From Paracoccaceae bacterium (GTDB lineage Bacteria > Pseudomonadota > Alphaproteobacteria > Rhodobacterales > Rhodobacteraceae), in assembly GCA_050330995.1 (NCBI GenBank), contig JBHJHI010000057.1:1649-65648 (forward strand): a DNA stretch of 64,000 nucleotides, written 5' to 3'. Both the position numbers and the translations under genes were made by a program. The notes below the pieces were generated by a model, which did no database searches, had not been told where the DNA came from, and saw only the letters and a program-made list of their open reading frames with translations. Below, in pieces: positions 30,525-41,017 of this stretch; position 1 is the stretch's first letter, and every line of letters begins with the position of its first letter.

Positions 30525-31667
30525 TCATTCCTCCCAGGCGGCGGCGAAGCGTCGGATCGCGCCGCGGTCTGCGGGGTGGGCGAAGACGAGATCGAGCGCC
30601 CGCGGCTCGGCTTCCAGCGGACGGGACCATAGCGCGGCGAAGGCCTCGCCCAAGGGGGCGCCTTCGTGGACCACCGCGCGCACGGTCTCGCAGATCGGCA
30701 TGTGGATGCCGTGCCGGCGCGCGAGCTCGGTCGCGGCGACGGCGTTGCGATGACCCTCGACCACCACGTTGCGCCCGTCGAAGATCTCCGAGCCGCGCTT
30801 GCCGCGGCCGTACTCGACGCCGTAGCTGAAGTTGCGCGAGGCGTCGTTCGAGCAGGTCAGCACCAGATCGCCCATGCCCGAGAGGCCGGTGACGGTCTCG
30901 CGCCGGCCGCCCAAAGCCTCGGCGAGCACCTTCATCTCGTCGCAGCCGCGGGTGATGAGCGCGGCGCGGGTGTTGGCCGCGAAGCCCGCGCCCGTGGCCA
31001 TGCCGCAGGCGATGGCGAGCACGTTCTTGACCGCGCCGCCTACCTCGACGCCGGTCAGGTCGTCGGAGACGTAGGGCCGGAAGCTGCCGGTGGTCATCGA
31101 GACCGCCATGCGGGTGGCCAGTTGCTCCTCCGGCGCGCGGTCGGGGTCGTGGGCGAAGTCGGAGGCCACCGTGACCGCGGTCGGGTCGCCGCGCGCGGTC
31201 TCCTTGGCGAAGGACGGCCCCGAGAGCGCCCCGACCGGACGGCCGGGCGCGGCGTGCTGCACCACGTCGGCCATCAGATAGCCGGTGTCGTCCTCGATGC
31301 CCTTGGCGCAGACCACCACCGGCACGCCCGGCGCCAGCACGCGGTCGAGTTCCTCGGCGATGGCCCGCACCGTGCCCGAGGGCGTGACCAGCAGCACCGC
31401 CTCGGCGCCCTCGCAGGCGTCGGCCATGTCGGGCGTCGCGTGCAGCGAGGGCGGAACCGGGATGTCGTCCAGATAGTGCGAATTGCGATGGCGGCGGTTG
31501 ATCTCCTCGCAGGTCTCGGGGGCGCGCGCCCAGAGCCGGGCGTGGCGGCCGGCCTCGGCGGCGACGATAGCGAGCGCGGTACCCCAGGCGCCGCCGCCGA
31601 GCACGGCGATGCGCCGGTAGGGGCGGACCCAGAGCGGTTCCGGCTCGCGCGATTGATCTGCGTCCAT
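30525..31667 (-). CDS. gpsA: NAD(P)H-dependent glycerol-3-phosphate dehydrogenase
   Basis: GGGAWGTAL, CAKGIE, SGPSFA, GGAVKNVLAIACG, GDLVLTC, SRNFSYG, VEG. Confidence 0.92.
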   Translation of the reverse strand: MDADQSREPEPLWVRPYRRIAVLGGGAWGTALAIVAAEAGRHARLWARAPETCEEINRRHRNSHYLDDIPVPPSLHATPDMADACEGAEAVLLVTPSGTVRAIAEELDRVLAPGVPVVVCAKGIEDDTGYLMADVVQHAAPGRPVGALSGPSFAKETARGDPTAVTVASDFAHDPDRAPEEQLATRMAVSMTTGSFRPYVSDDLTGVEVGGAVKNVLAIACGMATGAGFAANTRAALITRGCDEMKVLAEALGGRRETVTGLSGMGDLVLTCSNDASRNFSYGVEYGRGKRGSEIFDGRNVVVEGHRNAVAATELARRHGIHMPICETVRAVVHEGAPLGEAFAALWSRPLEAEPRALDLVFAHPADRGAIRRFAAAWEE

Positions 31668-31720
31668 GTCTGCGGGACCTCTCGATGCACGGAGGGGACG
31701 CGCGAACGCGGGACGGCGTT

Positions 31721-31763
31721 CGCCCGGTCACGACTCGTGAAAGGTAAGGTGCCTGACCGGGCG
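31721..31763. terminator. Hairpin between mrpG and gpsA
   Basis: CGCCCGGTCA (31721-31730) and TGACCGGGCG (31754-31763) form a perfect 10-bp inverted repeat; role (terminator or operator) unresolved. Confidence 0.3.
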
Positions 31764-31790
31764 CGGCAAAGGGTTCCGCGTTCTAGCGCG

Positions 31791-32195
31791 TCAGTCGGCG
31801 CCGGCTTCCGCCCCGTCCTTCGGCGCGAGGCCCGGCGCGCGCGTCGCGCCCGGGGCGCGCTCGTGGCGCATGAAGATGCGCGCGCCCTCGTCGATCTCGG
31901 TGCGCGACCACAGCGGCGAGCCGGTGCGGTAGGCGGCGCGGCCGATCAGGTGCGAGCCGACCGGCGCGGTCACGATCATGAACACCGAGACCAGCACCGC
32001 CTTCAGGATGATGTCGAGCGCGGGCGTGACGAAGGCCATGGCGCCGACGAGAAAGATCAGCCCCAGCGTGCCCGCCTTGGTCGCCGCGTGCATGCGCATG
32101 AACACGTCGGGAAAGCGCACCACGCCGAGCCCGGCGGCGAAGCAGAACACTCCGCCGAGCACCAGCAGGAGCGCGCCCAGGATCTCAAGGGCCAT
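31791..32195 (-). CDS. mrpG: Mrp Na+/H+ antiporter subunit G
   Basis: RFPDVFMRMHAATKAGTLG, TAPVGSHLIGRAAY. Confidence 0.92.
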   Translation of the reverse strand: MALEILGALLLVLGGVFCFAAGLGVVRFPDVFMRMHAATKAGTLGLIFLVGAMAFVTPALDIILKAVLVSVFMIVTAPVGSHLIGRAAYRTGSPLWSRTEIDEGARIFMRHERAPGATRAPGLAPKDGAEAGAD

Positions 32196-32514
32196 ATTCG
32201 TCGTCCTTCGGCGCGGGGTCCTCGGGGTCGCGGCGCTCGACGTAGCGCGCGAACGCGACGGTGGAGAGGAACGACACCAGCGACAGCGCCAGCGCCGCGT
32301 CGAGATAGCTCGGCACCTCGAGCGCGATCGCGAGCAGCACGAGGAGCGCGGCGAGCAGCATGGTCAGCAGGTCGAGCGCGACCACCCGGTCGGCGAGGGT
32401 GGGGCCGGCGAGCAGGCGGTAGGTCGCGAGCAGCGCCCCCGCGATCACTAGGAGCCCCGCGATCGCGGCGCCCCAGGCCAGCGGCCCGTCGAGGGTCGAG
32501 GCGAGCACGCTCAT
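32185..32514 (-). CDS. mrpF: Mrp Na+/H+ antiporter subunit F
   Basis: RLLAGPTLADRVVALD, SFLSTVAFARY. Confidence 0.92.
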   Translation of the reverse strand: MSVLASTLDGPLAWGAAIAGLLVIAGALLATYRLLAGPTLADRVVALDLLTMLLAALLVLLAIALEVPSYLDAALALSLVSFLSTVAFARYVERRDPEDPAPKDDEYGP

Positions 32515-32858
32515 TCCGTGGCCCTGATGACCATGCGCTCCATCCCGTTCTTGAGCGAGGCGTTCACGGCGTCGGCGCCCTCCTCGGCGTACATGGCGTG
32601 GATCAGCAGGTAACGGCGGCAGTCCGAGACGTCGACGGTCAGCGTGCCCGGCGTCAGCGTGATCAGGTTGGCCGTCATCGTGATCGAGAGATCGGTCTTC
32701 GCGTCGAGCGGCATCGCCACGAAGCGCGGCGTCGAAGACAGGCCCGGCGTCAGCACGTCGATGAAGACGCGCACCGCGCTCAGGATCAGCTCCTTGGCGA
32801 AGTAGACCACCAGGAAGACGATGTGGAAGGGCTTCAGGAGCAGTCGGACCAGGATCAT
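32511..32858 (-). CDS. mrpE: Mrp Na+/H+ antiporter subunit E
   Basis: ANLITLTPGTLTVDV, LLIHAM. Confidence 0.92.
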   Translation of the reverse strand: MILVRLLLKPFHIVFLVVYFAKELILSAVRVFIDVLTPGLSSTPRFVAMPLDAKTDLSITMTANLITLTPGTLTVDVSDCRRYLLIHAMYAEEGADAVNASLKNGMERMVIRATE

Positions 32859-34345
32859 CGGCTCTCGCTCCCGAGAACGGTGCGCAGGTAAGGCAGGGGG
32901 TCGAGCAGCGCGCGCGCCGCGCCGTCGGCCAGCTCGAACATCACGCCGGCGTAGAGGCTGATGCCGAGCGTCACCGCCGTCAGCCCCAGCACGGGCAGCA
33001 CCAGCGCCGGCGTCGGATCGAGGCTCGCGGGCGTGTCGTCCGCCGCCTCCGGGCGCGGCGCCCAGAAGGCCGAGACGAACATGCGGCCGAGATAGTAGAA
33101 GGTCAGGACGCTCGCCGCGAGGATCATGCCGCCGAGCAGGTACTCGCCCGCCTCGACCGCGCCGCGCACCATGAACAGCTTCGCCCAGAAGCCCGAGAGC
33201 GGCGGCACGCCGATCAGCGACAGCGCCGGCACCAGGAAGATCACGCCGAGCCAGGGGCCGGCGGCCCAGAGCCCGCCGACGCGGCTCACCCGCTCGTCAC
33301 CGCACTCGCGTCCCATGATGCCGCCGATCAGGAACATGTTCATCATCGCCGGGATGTGGTGGAGGAAGTAGAACACCGAGGCCGCAAGCGCGAGCGGCGT
33401 CGCCAGCGCCACGCCGATCGTCATCACCCCGATCTGGCTGACGATGTGGAAGCCGAACACGCGGCGCATGTGGTCCTGCGCCGTGGCGCCGAGCGCGCCT
33501 AGCACCAGCGTCACCCCCGCCGCGACGAGCAGCACGTTCGAGATGATCGGGTCGCCCGGCGCGAACACCAGGGTGAAGACGCGGAGCAGCGAGTAGACCC
33601 CGACCTTGGTCAGCAGCGCCGAGAACAGCGCCGAGGTCGCCACCGCCGGCGTGTGGTAGGCGGCTGGCAGCCAGAAGAACACCGGAAACAGCGCCGCCTT
33701 GGCCGCGAAGGCGAACAGCAGCAGCCCCGCCGCGCCGACCACCGCGGTCTCGCCGGAGCGGCCGTCGAGCTTGATCGCCAGGTCGGCCATGTTGAGCGTG
33801 CCGGTCGCGCCGTAGAGGAGCCCGACGCCGGCGAGGAAGGCGAGCGTGCCGATCAGGTTCAGCGCCACGTACTTGACGGCGCCGTCGATCTGCGCGCGTC
33901 CGCCGCCGATCACGAGGAGGCCGAAGGACGAGATCAGCATGACCTCGAACCAGACGTAGAGGTTGAACAGATCCCCGGTGACGAAGGCGCCGCAGACGCC
34001 GGCGAGCATGGCGTGGCCGAGCGCGTGAAAGCCCAGCCGCTCGGCCTCGGCGTCGACCTCGTGGAAGGCGTAGGCGAAGGCGGCGAGCCCGGCGCCCCCG
34101 GCGATCGTGACCATCACCGCCGAGAGCGTGTCGACGGCGAGCGTGATGCCGAAGGGCGCGGCCCAGCCGCCCATCTGCACGGCCTGCGGGCCGTCGATCA
34201 GCGCCGCCGAGAGGAGCGCGAGCCCGACCGCGAGCAGCCCGAGCGCGGAGAACAGCGAGACCCAGCGGTGCACGCCCCGGCGGCGCAGCAGGAAGCAGAC
34301 GACCGCGGTGGCGAGCGGCAGCAGGATGGGGGCGGCGAGCAGCAT
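32855..34345 (-). CDS. mrpD: Mrp Na+/H+ antiporter subunit D
   Basis: GDLFNLYVWFEVML, KAALFPVFFWLPAAY, LTKVGVY, GVPPLSGFWAK. Confidence 0.92.
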   Translation of the reverse strand: MLLAAPILLPLATAVVCFLLRRRGVHRWVSLFSALGLLAVGLALLSAALIDGPQAVQMGGWAAPFGITLAVDTLSAVMVTIAGGAGLAAFAYAFHEVDAEAERLGFHALGHAMLAGVCGAFVTGDLFNLYVWFEVMLISSFGLLVIGGGRAQIDGAVKYVALNLIGTLAFLAGVGLLYGATGTLNMADLAIKLDGRSGETAVVGAAGLLLFAFAAKAALFPVFFWLPAAYHTPAVATSALFSALLTKVGVYSLLRVFTLVFAPGDPIISNVLLVAAGVTLVLGALGATAQDHMRRVFGFHIVSQIGVMTIGVALATPLALAASVFYFLHHIPAMMNMFLIGGIMGRECGDERVSRVGGLWAAGPWLGVIFLVPALSLIGVPPLSGFWAKLFMVRGAVEAGEYLLGGMILAASVLTFYYLGRMFVSAFWAPRPEAADDTPASLDPTPALVLPVLGLTAVTLGISLYAGVMFELADGAARALLDPLPYLRTVLGSESR

Positions 34346-34346
34346 C

Positions 34347-34724
34347 TCAGTCCGCCCCGGGCCGGTTGACTTCCGTTTCGGGCTCGGCCTCGCGGATCGC
34401 GGCGCTGTCGGTGGTGCCGAAGGTGATGTAGGCGCGCAGCACCAGCGAGAGCGTGAAGACCAGAAGACCGAAGCCGATCACGATCGCCGTCAGGATCAGC
34501 GCCTGAGGCAGCGCGTTGGCGGCGCCCGCGGGGGGCGTCTCGGCGCCGGGCGGCACCAGCGGCGGCTCGCCGTAGGTGAGCCGCCCGGACGCGAAGATCA
34601 CGAGGTTGACCGCGTTCGACAGGATGGTGAGCCCGAACAGCACGCGGATCAGGTTCGACGACATCATCAGATAGGCGCCGCAGGCGATCAGGATGCCGAC
34701 GACGACGGCGAGGGAGGGTTCCAT
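34347..34724 (-). CDS. mrpC: Mrp Na+/H+ antiporter subunit C
   Basis: ILSNAVNL, PQALILTAIVIGF. Confidence 0.92.
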   Translation of the reverse strand: MEPSLAVVVGILIACGAYLMMSSNLIRVLFGLTILSNAVNLVIFASGRLTYGEPPLVPPGAETPPAGAANALPQALILTAIVIGFGLLVFTLSLVLRAYITFGTTDSAAIREAEPETEVNRPGAD

Positions 34725-35209
34725 CAGTCCCGCTCCCCCCCGGTCCGGCCGCGCGGGCGATCGCTGCCGTGGCGCGAGAGCGCCGCGAGCGCGGCCGCCT
34801 CGAGCGTGAACAGCATCCCCGTGACGCCGCCCACCACGACGAGGAACACGCCGGTGTCGAACAGCAGGATCGAGCCCACCGGCTTCAGCGCGCCGCCGAG
34901 CGTCGGGTCGCCGTAGAACGGCCAGACGCCCGCGAGCACCGCGCCCTCGGCGATCGCGCCCCAGAGCGCGGAGGCGACGGCGCAGGCGAGGCCGAGCGCC
35001 GAGATCGCGAGCGGCTCGACGCGCACGAGCCGGCGCGCGCGCGTGAGCCCGCCCGCCTTCGCGATCAGCGCGAGCGCGATCGCCGCGATCAGCCCGCCGA
35101 TGAAGCCCCCGCCAGGCTCGTTGTGCCCGCGCAGCAGCACCACGATCGAGAAGACGACGAGGAGCGGCGCGAGCAGGCGCGCCGCCGTCGACAGGATCAG
35201 CGAGTTCAT
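34724..35209 (-). CDS. mrpB: Mrp Na+/H+ antiporter subunit B (separate gene)
   Basis: [25 protein letters not shown]; ATG at 35209. Confidence 0.9.
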   Translation of the reverse strand: MNSLILSTAARLLAPLLVVFSIVVLLRGHNEPGGGFIGGLIAAIALALIAKAGGLTRARRLVRVEPLAISALGLACAVASALWGAIAEGAVLAGVWPFYGDPTLGGALKPVGSILLFDTGVFLVVVGGVTGMLFTLEAAALAALSRHGSDRPRGRTGGERD

Positions 35210-37581
35210 TGCACCCCCTCGCGCCGAGCCTGGTCGGCGGTCTCGCGCGCGCCGCCCGAGAGCGTGACGCCCTTGCCCGCGGTCAGCGCGGCGACCGCGC
35301 CGAGCGAGGCGATCACGATCACCGAAATCTCGCCCAAGGTGTCGAGCGCGCGGAAGTCGACCAGGATCACGTTGACGATGTTCTGCCCGTGCGCCACCGG
35401 GTACGAGTTCTGCTCGAAGAAGCGGGTGAGTTCCAGATCGATCGGCTCGCCCACCACCGAGATCAGCACCGTGGTCACGCCGCGGCCGACGGCCGAGGCG
35501 CTCGCGGCGTCGCCGACGCGGAAGCCCTGGCGGTCGGGCACTCGCGGCAGCCGGATCAGCGCGATCGCGAGGAACACCACGATCAGGATCTCGATCATGA
35601 GCTGCGTCATGGCGACGTCGACCGCGCCGTAGAGCACGAAGATGATCGAGACCCCGACGCCGACCGCGCCGAGCGCGCAGATCGCCGTCAGCCGCGAGCG
35701 CGTGAGCACCACCACCGCGACCGAGACCAGGATCACCGCGAAGGTGGCGTAGTCGACCAGCGGCAGGTCGAAGTCGGGCGCGGCGCGGCTGTCGTCGGTG
35801 AGCCCGACCGCGGCCCAGACCACGAGCGCGAGCGCGGCGAAGGTCGCGCGCATGTACCACTCGAGCACGCCGGTCTGGACGTAGCCGGTGACGCCCCTCG
35901 CCACGGCGTCGACGTATCGAAGGGCGTAGTCGTAGCTGCGGTCGGCACTGACGAGCCCGCCGGCCTCCGCGCTCGCGAGCCCCGTGCGGATCGCCCGGTT
36001 GCCGAGCCAGAACAGCACGCCGAGCCCCCAGGTGGCGAGCGAGAGCACGAGGAGGGGCGAGAGCCCGTGCCAGAGCGCGAGATGGCTCTCGACGTGGTGG
36101 CCCAGGATCGAGGACGCCACGGGCGCGGCGAGGTAGTGCCCGGTGACCGGCGCCGCGAGGCCCGCGAGGAGGCCGAGCACGGCGAGCGCCATCGGCCCCG
36201 ACCACATCATCCAGGAGGGGTCCTTCGGCGTCTTGGGACAGGCCTGCGCGCCGCGGAAGAACGGCCCGACCGTCACGATCAGCGCCACCGCCACCATCAT
36301 CGCGTTGGCGACGAAGGCGGCGGCCGTGACCAGCATCGGCTCGGTGACGACGTGGAGCGCGCCCTCGTACATCGCCTCCTTGCCGACATAGCCGATGAAG
36401 GGGGGGAGGCCGGCCATCGAGAGCGCCGCGAGGACCGCCATCGCGGCGGTGATCGGCATGGCCGAGCGCAGCCCCGCGAGGCGGTCGACCTCGCGCGTGC
36501 CCGCCTTCTTGTCGACGCAGCCGATCATGAGGAAGAGCGAGGCCTTGTAGAGCGCGTGGACGACCAGGAAGGTCGTGGCGCCCATCACCGCCTCCTCGGT
36601 GCCGCCGCCGAGGAACATGACGATGGTGCCGAGGCCCATGACGGTGGTGTGCGCGAGCATCTGCTTCAGATCGGACTGCCTGAGCGCCCAGACCGAGCCG
36701 ATCAGCATGGTGGTCGCGCCGAACAGGGTGAGCAGCCAGAACCAGGCGGCGGTGTCGCCGAGCGCCGGCGCCATGCGCATCAGGAGATAGACCCCCGCCT
36801 TCACCATCGTGGCCGAGTGGAGGTAGGCCGAGACCGGCGTCGGCGCGGCCATCGCGCCCGGTAACCAGAAATGGAACGGGAACTGCGCCGACTTGGTGAA
36901 GGCGCCGAGCAGCACGAGCGCGAGGATCGGCGTATACAACGCCGAGGCCGTGATCGCCTCGCCCATCGTATTGAGTTCCGACAGCCTGTAGCTGCCCATC
37001 GCGTCGCCGAGCACCACGAGCCCGCCGAGCAGCGCGCGCCCGCCGAGGCCGGTGCCGAGCAGCGCCTGCAGCGCCGCGCGCCGCGCGTAGGCCTTCTCGT
37101 AGTCGAAGCCGACCAGCAGGAACGAGGTGATGGTCGTGCCCTCCCAGAACACGAACAGCGTCACCACGTCGTCGGCGAGCACGAGCCCGAGCATCGCCAC
37201 CGCGAACAGGAACAGGAGCGACAGGATGCGCGGCGAGCGCGGGTCGCCCTCGAAGTAGCCGGCCGCGTAGAGGAACACCAGCGCGCCGATGCCGGTGACC
37301 AGGAGCGCGAACACGAGGCCGAGGCCGTCGATCAGGAAGGCCAGCTCGATGCCGAGCGGCTCGATCCAGGGGCGCGCGTAGACGTAGGTCTCGCCGTGCG
37401 CGACCGAGGGCAGGTAGGTCAGGAACCACAGGAACGCGATCCCCGAGATCGCCGCGGGCAGGAAGCGCCAGGCGTCGCGGGGGGGCGCCGCGACGACCGC
37501 CTTCGCCACGTCCAGGGCGCGCCGCGGCGTGTCGGCGGCCGGCGCCGTGGTCTCGGGGCCGCGGGTCTTGTCGTCGGGCAT
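35206..37581 (-). CDS. mrpA: Mrp Na+/H+ antiporter subunit A
   Basis: [68 protein letters not shown]. Confidence 0.92.
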   Translation of the reverse strand: MPDDKTRGPETTAPAADTPRRALDVAKAVVAAPPRDAWRFLPAAISGIAFLWFLTYLPSVAHGETYVYARPWIEPLGIELAFLIDGLGLVFALLVTGIGALVFLYAAGYFEGDPRSPRILSLLFLFAVAMLGLVLADDVVTLFVFWEGTTITSFLLVGFDYEKAYARRAALQALLGTGLGGRALLGGLVVLGDAMGSYRLSELNTMGEAITASALYTPILALVLLGAFTKSAQFPFHFWLPGAMAAPTPVSAYLHSATMVKAGVYLLMRMAPALGDTAAWFWLLTLFGATTMLIGSVWALRQSDLKQMLAHTTVMGLGTIVMFLGGGTEEAVMGATTFLVVHALYKASLFLMIGCVDKKAGTREVDRLAGLRSAMPITAAMAVLAALSMAGLPPFIGYVGKEAMYEGALHVVTEPMLVTAAAFVANAMMVAVALIVTVGPFFRGAQACPKTPKDPSWMMWSGPMALAVLGLLAGLAAPVTGHYLAAPVASSILGHHVESHLALWHGLSPLLVLSLATWGLGVLFWLGNRAIRTGLASAEAGGLVSADRSYDYALRYVDAVARGVTGYVQTGVLEWYMRATFAALALVVWAAVGLTDDSRAAPDFDLPLVDYATFAVILVSVAVVVLTRSRLTAICALGAVGVGVSIIFVLYGAVDVAMTQLMIEILIVVFLAIALIRLPRVPDRQGFRVGDAASASAVGRGVTTVLISVVGEPIDLELTRFFEQNSYPVAHGQNIVNVILVDFRALDTLGEISVIVIASLGAVAALTAGKGVTLSGGARETADQARREGVQ

Positions 37582-37730
37582 CGGATCTCCGTCGCGGGGG
37601 GCTCGGGACCGGCAGGGGGGAGCGCGGGCACGTCCGCGGCAAGGGGGCAGAGTAGCCGTTTCGCGCGCGCTGGCCAGCCCCCGCGGCGCGCGGGCCGGCT
37701 CGGGCGCCGTCGGGGAGACGCGGCCGGCGC

Positions 37731-38696
37731 TCAGGCGAGCGCGCGCGCGCCCATCTCCAGGAACTTGCGCCGGCGCGCCTCGCGCTGCTCGGCCGGCGAG
37801 AGCCCGTCGGCCTCGGCCAGAAGCTCGGCGATCGCCTCGCCGGTGGCCGCCATCGCCGCCCGCGGGTCGCGCTGCGCCCCGCCGAGCGGCTCGGCGATCA
37901 CGCGGTCGACCACGCCGAGCGCTTCGAGATCGGCCGCGGTGATGCGCAGCGCCTGCGCCGCCTCGCGCATCTTCTCGGCGTTCTTCCAGAGAATCGAGGC
38001 GCAGCCCTCCGGCGAGATCACCGAGTAGACCGCGTGCTCGAGCATCGCGACGCGGCTCGCCGTGGCGAGCGCCACCGCGCCGCCCGAGCCGCCCTCGCCG
38101 ATGATCACCGCGACCGAAGGAACGCCGAGCGCCAGCCCGCGCTCGGTCGAGCGCGCGATCGCCTCGGCCTGGCCCCGCTCCTCGGCGCCCTTGCCGGGAT
38201 AGGCGCCGGGCGTGTCGACGAGGGTGACGACCGGCAGGGCGAAGCGGTCGGCGAGGTCCATGAGGCGCACGGCCTTGCGATAGCCCTCCGGACGCGCCAT
38301 GCCGAAGTTGCGCGCGAGCCGGGTGCGGGTGTCGTGGCCCTTCTCGTGGCCGATCACCACCACCGCGCGGTCGCGAAAGCGCGCGAGGCCGCCCACGATC
38401 GCCTGGTCCTCGGCGAAGTTGCGGTCGCCCGCGAGCGGCGTGTACTCGGTGAAGAGGGCGCGCACGTAGTCGAGCGCGTGCGGGCGCTGGGGATGGCGCG
38501 CGACCTGGGTCTTCTGCCACGGCGTCAGCTTCGTGTAGAGATCGCGCAGCATCCCCTCGGCGCGGCCCGCGAGGCGGTCGGCCTCGTCGCCCACGTCCAT
38601 CTCGGGCGAGGCCCGCGCGAGCGCGCGCAGCTCGCCGATCTTGCCCTCCAGCTCGGCGACGCCCTTTTCGAAGTCGAGGAAGGTCTGGCTCTGCAT
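37731..38696 (-). CDS. accA: Acetyl-CoA carboxylase carboxyltransferase subunit alpha
   Basis: [63 protein letters not shown]. Confidence 0.96.
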   Translation of the reverse strand: MQSQTFLDFEKGVAELEGKIGELRALARASPEMDVGDEADRLAGRAEGMLRDLYTKLTPWQKTQVARHPQRPHALDYVRALFTEYTPLAGDRNFAEDQAIVGGLARFRDRAVVVIGHEKGHDTRTRLARNFGMARPEGYRKAVRLMDLADRFALPVVTLVDTPGAYPGKGAEERGQAEAIARSTERGLALGVPSVAVIIGEGGSGGAVALATASRVAMLEHAVYSVISPEGCASILWKNAEKMREAAQALRITAADLEALGVVDRVIAEPLGGAQRDPRAAMAATGEAIAELLAEADGLSPAEQREARRRKFLEMGARALA

Positions 38697-38896
38697 GGGG
38701 CGGAGCGATGGCCGATCGGGGCGGGCGGCGCAAGGGGCGGGGGTGGCGTGATGGTCCGGCTTCGGCGATCGTACGGCGGGCTCGGGAGCTGTCGAGTTCG
38801 CGCCGAGAGGCGGCATTCCCCGGCACGCGGCCGAGCTGCCGTGATGACGTTCGCGAACGATGGGCGGTCGCCCTGTCTGCTTCGGGATCGGGACGC

Positions 38897-39244
38897 ATGG
38901 GCGCGCGCTACCGCGTGATCGTGGACTGGACGGCCAGCTACGCCGATCCGATCACCCTCGCCGCCGGCGAGGGCCTCACGCTCACCGGCGCCCAGGAGAT
39001 CTGGGACGGTCACCGATGGCTCTGGGCCCGGAACGCGGCCGGCCGCGAGGGGTGGGTACCCGACAGCCTGGTCGAGGTCGGAGAGGACGGCATCCGCGCC
39101 CGTTCCGCCTATTCGGCCGTCGAGTTGTCCTGCCGACGCGGCGAGAGGCTCGAGGCCCTCGAAGAGACCCACGGCTGGGTGCGTTGTCGGGCCGAGAGCG
39201 GCGCGACCGGCTGGGTGCCGCTCCGGTACGTATCGCCGTGCTGA
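38897..39244 (+). CDS. Tandem SH3 domain protein
   Basis: Two SH3-like repeats ending GWVPDSLV and GWVPLRYV; the second matches canonical A-Y...ELS...GE...GW...GWVP. No signal peptide. Confidence 0.75.
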   Translation: MGARYRVIVDWTASYADPITLAAGEGLTLTGAQEIWDGHRWLWARNAAGREGWVPDSLVEVGEDGIRARSAYSAVELSCRRGERLEALEETHGWVRCRAESGATGWVPLRYVSPC

Positions 39245-39418
39245 CTTGGTATGCCCGCTGCGAGGTCCACTCGCCACTGGGGCGCGCACGCGGGGGCCCT
39301 GTCGGAATCGGGAGCGGACGCTCGCACGCCGGTCCCGCCATTCGCGGCTCCACTCCCGATTGACCCCCGATCGCCGATCGCCGAGGGTCGCACGCCTTCG
39401 GGGCAGGGGAGACCACGC

Positions 39419-40069
39419 ATGACCGACGCCGGGATCGCTCCCCGGATCATCGTCTGCGAGGCCGACGTCGCCGAGGGCGCCGCCTGGCTCGCGGGCGCCG
39501 AGCCGCGCTTCGCCGAGGTGCTCGCGCTCACGGGACCGTTGCCGCTCCGCCGCCGGCCCGGCGGCTTCGACGGGCTCCTGCGCGCGATCGTGAGCCAGCA
39601 GCTCTCGGTCGCCGCCGCCGCCGCGGTCTGGGCGCGGCTGGAGGCGACCGGCGCCACCGCGCCCGGCGGCCTCGCCGCGGCCGACGACGACGCGCTCCGG
39701 GCCTGCGGCCTCTCGCGACAGAAGATCGCCTACGCCCGGGCGCTGGCGGCCGAGGGTCTCGACTTCGAGGCGCTGGCCGCTCTGCCGCCCGACGCGGCGA
39801 TCGCGCGCATGACCGCGGTCAAGGGCGTGGGCGTCTGGACGGCCGAGATCTACCTGATGTTCGCGGTCGGGCACGCCGACGTCTTCGCGCCGGGCGATCT
39901 GGCGTTGCAGGAGGCCGCGCGCGCCCTGTTCGCCCTGCCGGAGCGTCCGCGCGAGAAGGCGCTCCGCACGATGGCCGAGGCTTGGACGCCGTGGCGCGGC
40001 GTTGCGGCGCGGCTCCTCTGGGCCTACTACGGGCATCTGAAATCGCGCGAGGGCGTCGTCGAGGTATGA
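39419..40069 (+). CDS. alkA: DNA-3-methyladenine glycosylase II family (HhH-GPD)
   Basis: IVSQQLSVAAA, GLSRQK, VKGVGVWTAEIYLMF, GDLAL, WTPWRGVAARLLW. Confidence 0.88.
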   Translation: MTDAGIAPRIIVCEADVAEGAAWLAGAEPRFAEVLALTGPLPLRRRPGGFDGLLRAIVSQQLSVAAAAAVWARLEATGATAPGGLAAADDDALRACGLSRQKIAYARALAAEGLDFEALAALPPDAAIARMTAVKGVGVWTAEIYLMFAVGHADVFAPGDLALQEAARALFALPERPREKALRTMAEAWTPWRGVAARLLWAYYGHLKSREGVVEV

Positions 40070-40752
40070 GCACCGATCCCGACACTCTGTTGAGCGGCCC
40101 CCGCGTCGGCCCGCAGGCGGGCGGCGCGGCGACGGCGCTGGTCGTGCTGCTGCACGGCTACGGCGCGGACGGGCGCGACCTCGCCGGCCTCGCCGGCCCC
40201 CTGGGCGAGGCGCTGCCGCGCGCCGCCTTCCGCGCGCCGAACGCGCCGGAGCGCTGCCGCATCAATCCGATGGGCTATCAGTGGTTTCCGATCCCCTGGA
40301 TCGACGGTGCGCCCGAGGCCGAGATGGAGGCGAGCTTCCGCGCCTCGGTCGAGCGCCTCGACGGCTGGCTCGACGCGGCCATGGCGGCCGAGGGGGTGGA
40401 CGCGGCCGCCACCGCGCTCGTCGGCTTCAGCCAGGGCACGATGATGAGCCTCTACGTCGCGCCGCGGCGCGCCGAGGCCGTCGCCGGCATCGTCGGCTTC
40501 TCGGGCCGGCTGGTCGCGGGCGAGGATCTCGCGCAGGCGGCGCGGGTGCGCCCGCCGGTGCTGCTGGTCCACGGCGACCGCGACGAGGTGATCCCGGTCG
40601 CCGCGCTGTCGGAGGCCGAGCGCGGGCTCTCGGGCGCCGGCTTCGCGGTCGAGGCCCACGTGAGCCCCGGCACGCCGCACGGCATCGCCCCCGACGGGCT
40701 CGGCCATGCCGCGCGCTTTCTCTCGCGCGTCCTGCCGGGGGCGGCACGGTGA
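40066..40752 (+). CDS. Phospholipase/carboxylesterase (alpha/beta hydrolase)
   Basis: LLHGYGADG, GFSQG nucleophile, HGDRDEVIP, HGI. Confidence 0.9.
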   Translation: MSTDPDTLLSGPRVGPQAGGAATALVVLLHGYGADGRDLAGLAGPLGEALPRAAFRAPNAPERCRINPMGYQWFPIPWIDGAPEAEMEASFRASVERLDGWLDAAMAAEGVDAAATALVGFSQGTMMSLYVAPRRAEAVAGIVGFSGRLVAGEDLAQAARVRPPVLLVHGDRDEVIPVAALSEAERGLSGAGFAVEAHVSPGTPHGIAPDGLGHAARFLSRVLPGAAR

Positions 40753-40880
40753 ACCCCGCGCCGCCCGTGCCGGGCGCCCCCGCGACGGCGGGGCGACGGC
40801 GGGGGCGGTCGCGTGCCGCCCGGCGTTGGCGCCGGGCCGTGGCGGCGTGCGGGGCGCGCGGCGGCGTCGAACTGTTGCAG

Positions 40881-40900
40881 AGCGGTGCTAGGACACCGCT
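40881..40900. promoter_or_regulatory. Candidate operator upstream of the HNH gene
   Basis: Perfect AGCGGTG-N6-CACCGCT dyad in the intergenic gap. Confidence 0.3.
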
Positions 40901-41017
40901 GGTGGGCACGCATCTAGAGCATTCCCTCGGACGCCCTGCCAGATATGGTGACGACGCCGGGGTGCGACGGCCCCACATCGCCCCGACGGCGTCGCGACAA
41001 CGACGGCGAGGCGAGCG

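Noticed and set aside
40914-40926. TCTAGAGCATTCC resembling the end of rhizobial REP/RIME elements
   Set aside because: The rest of the palindromic element is absent, and no other copy was noticed.
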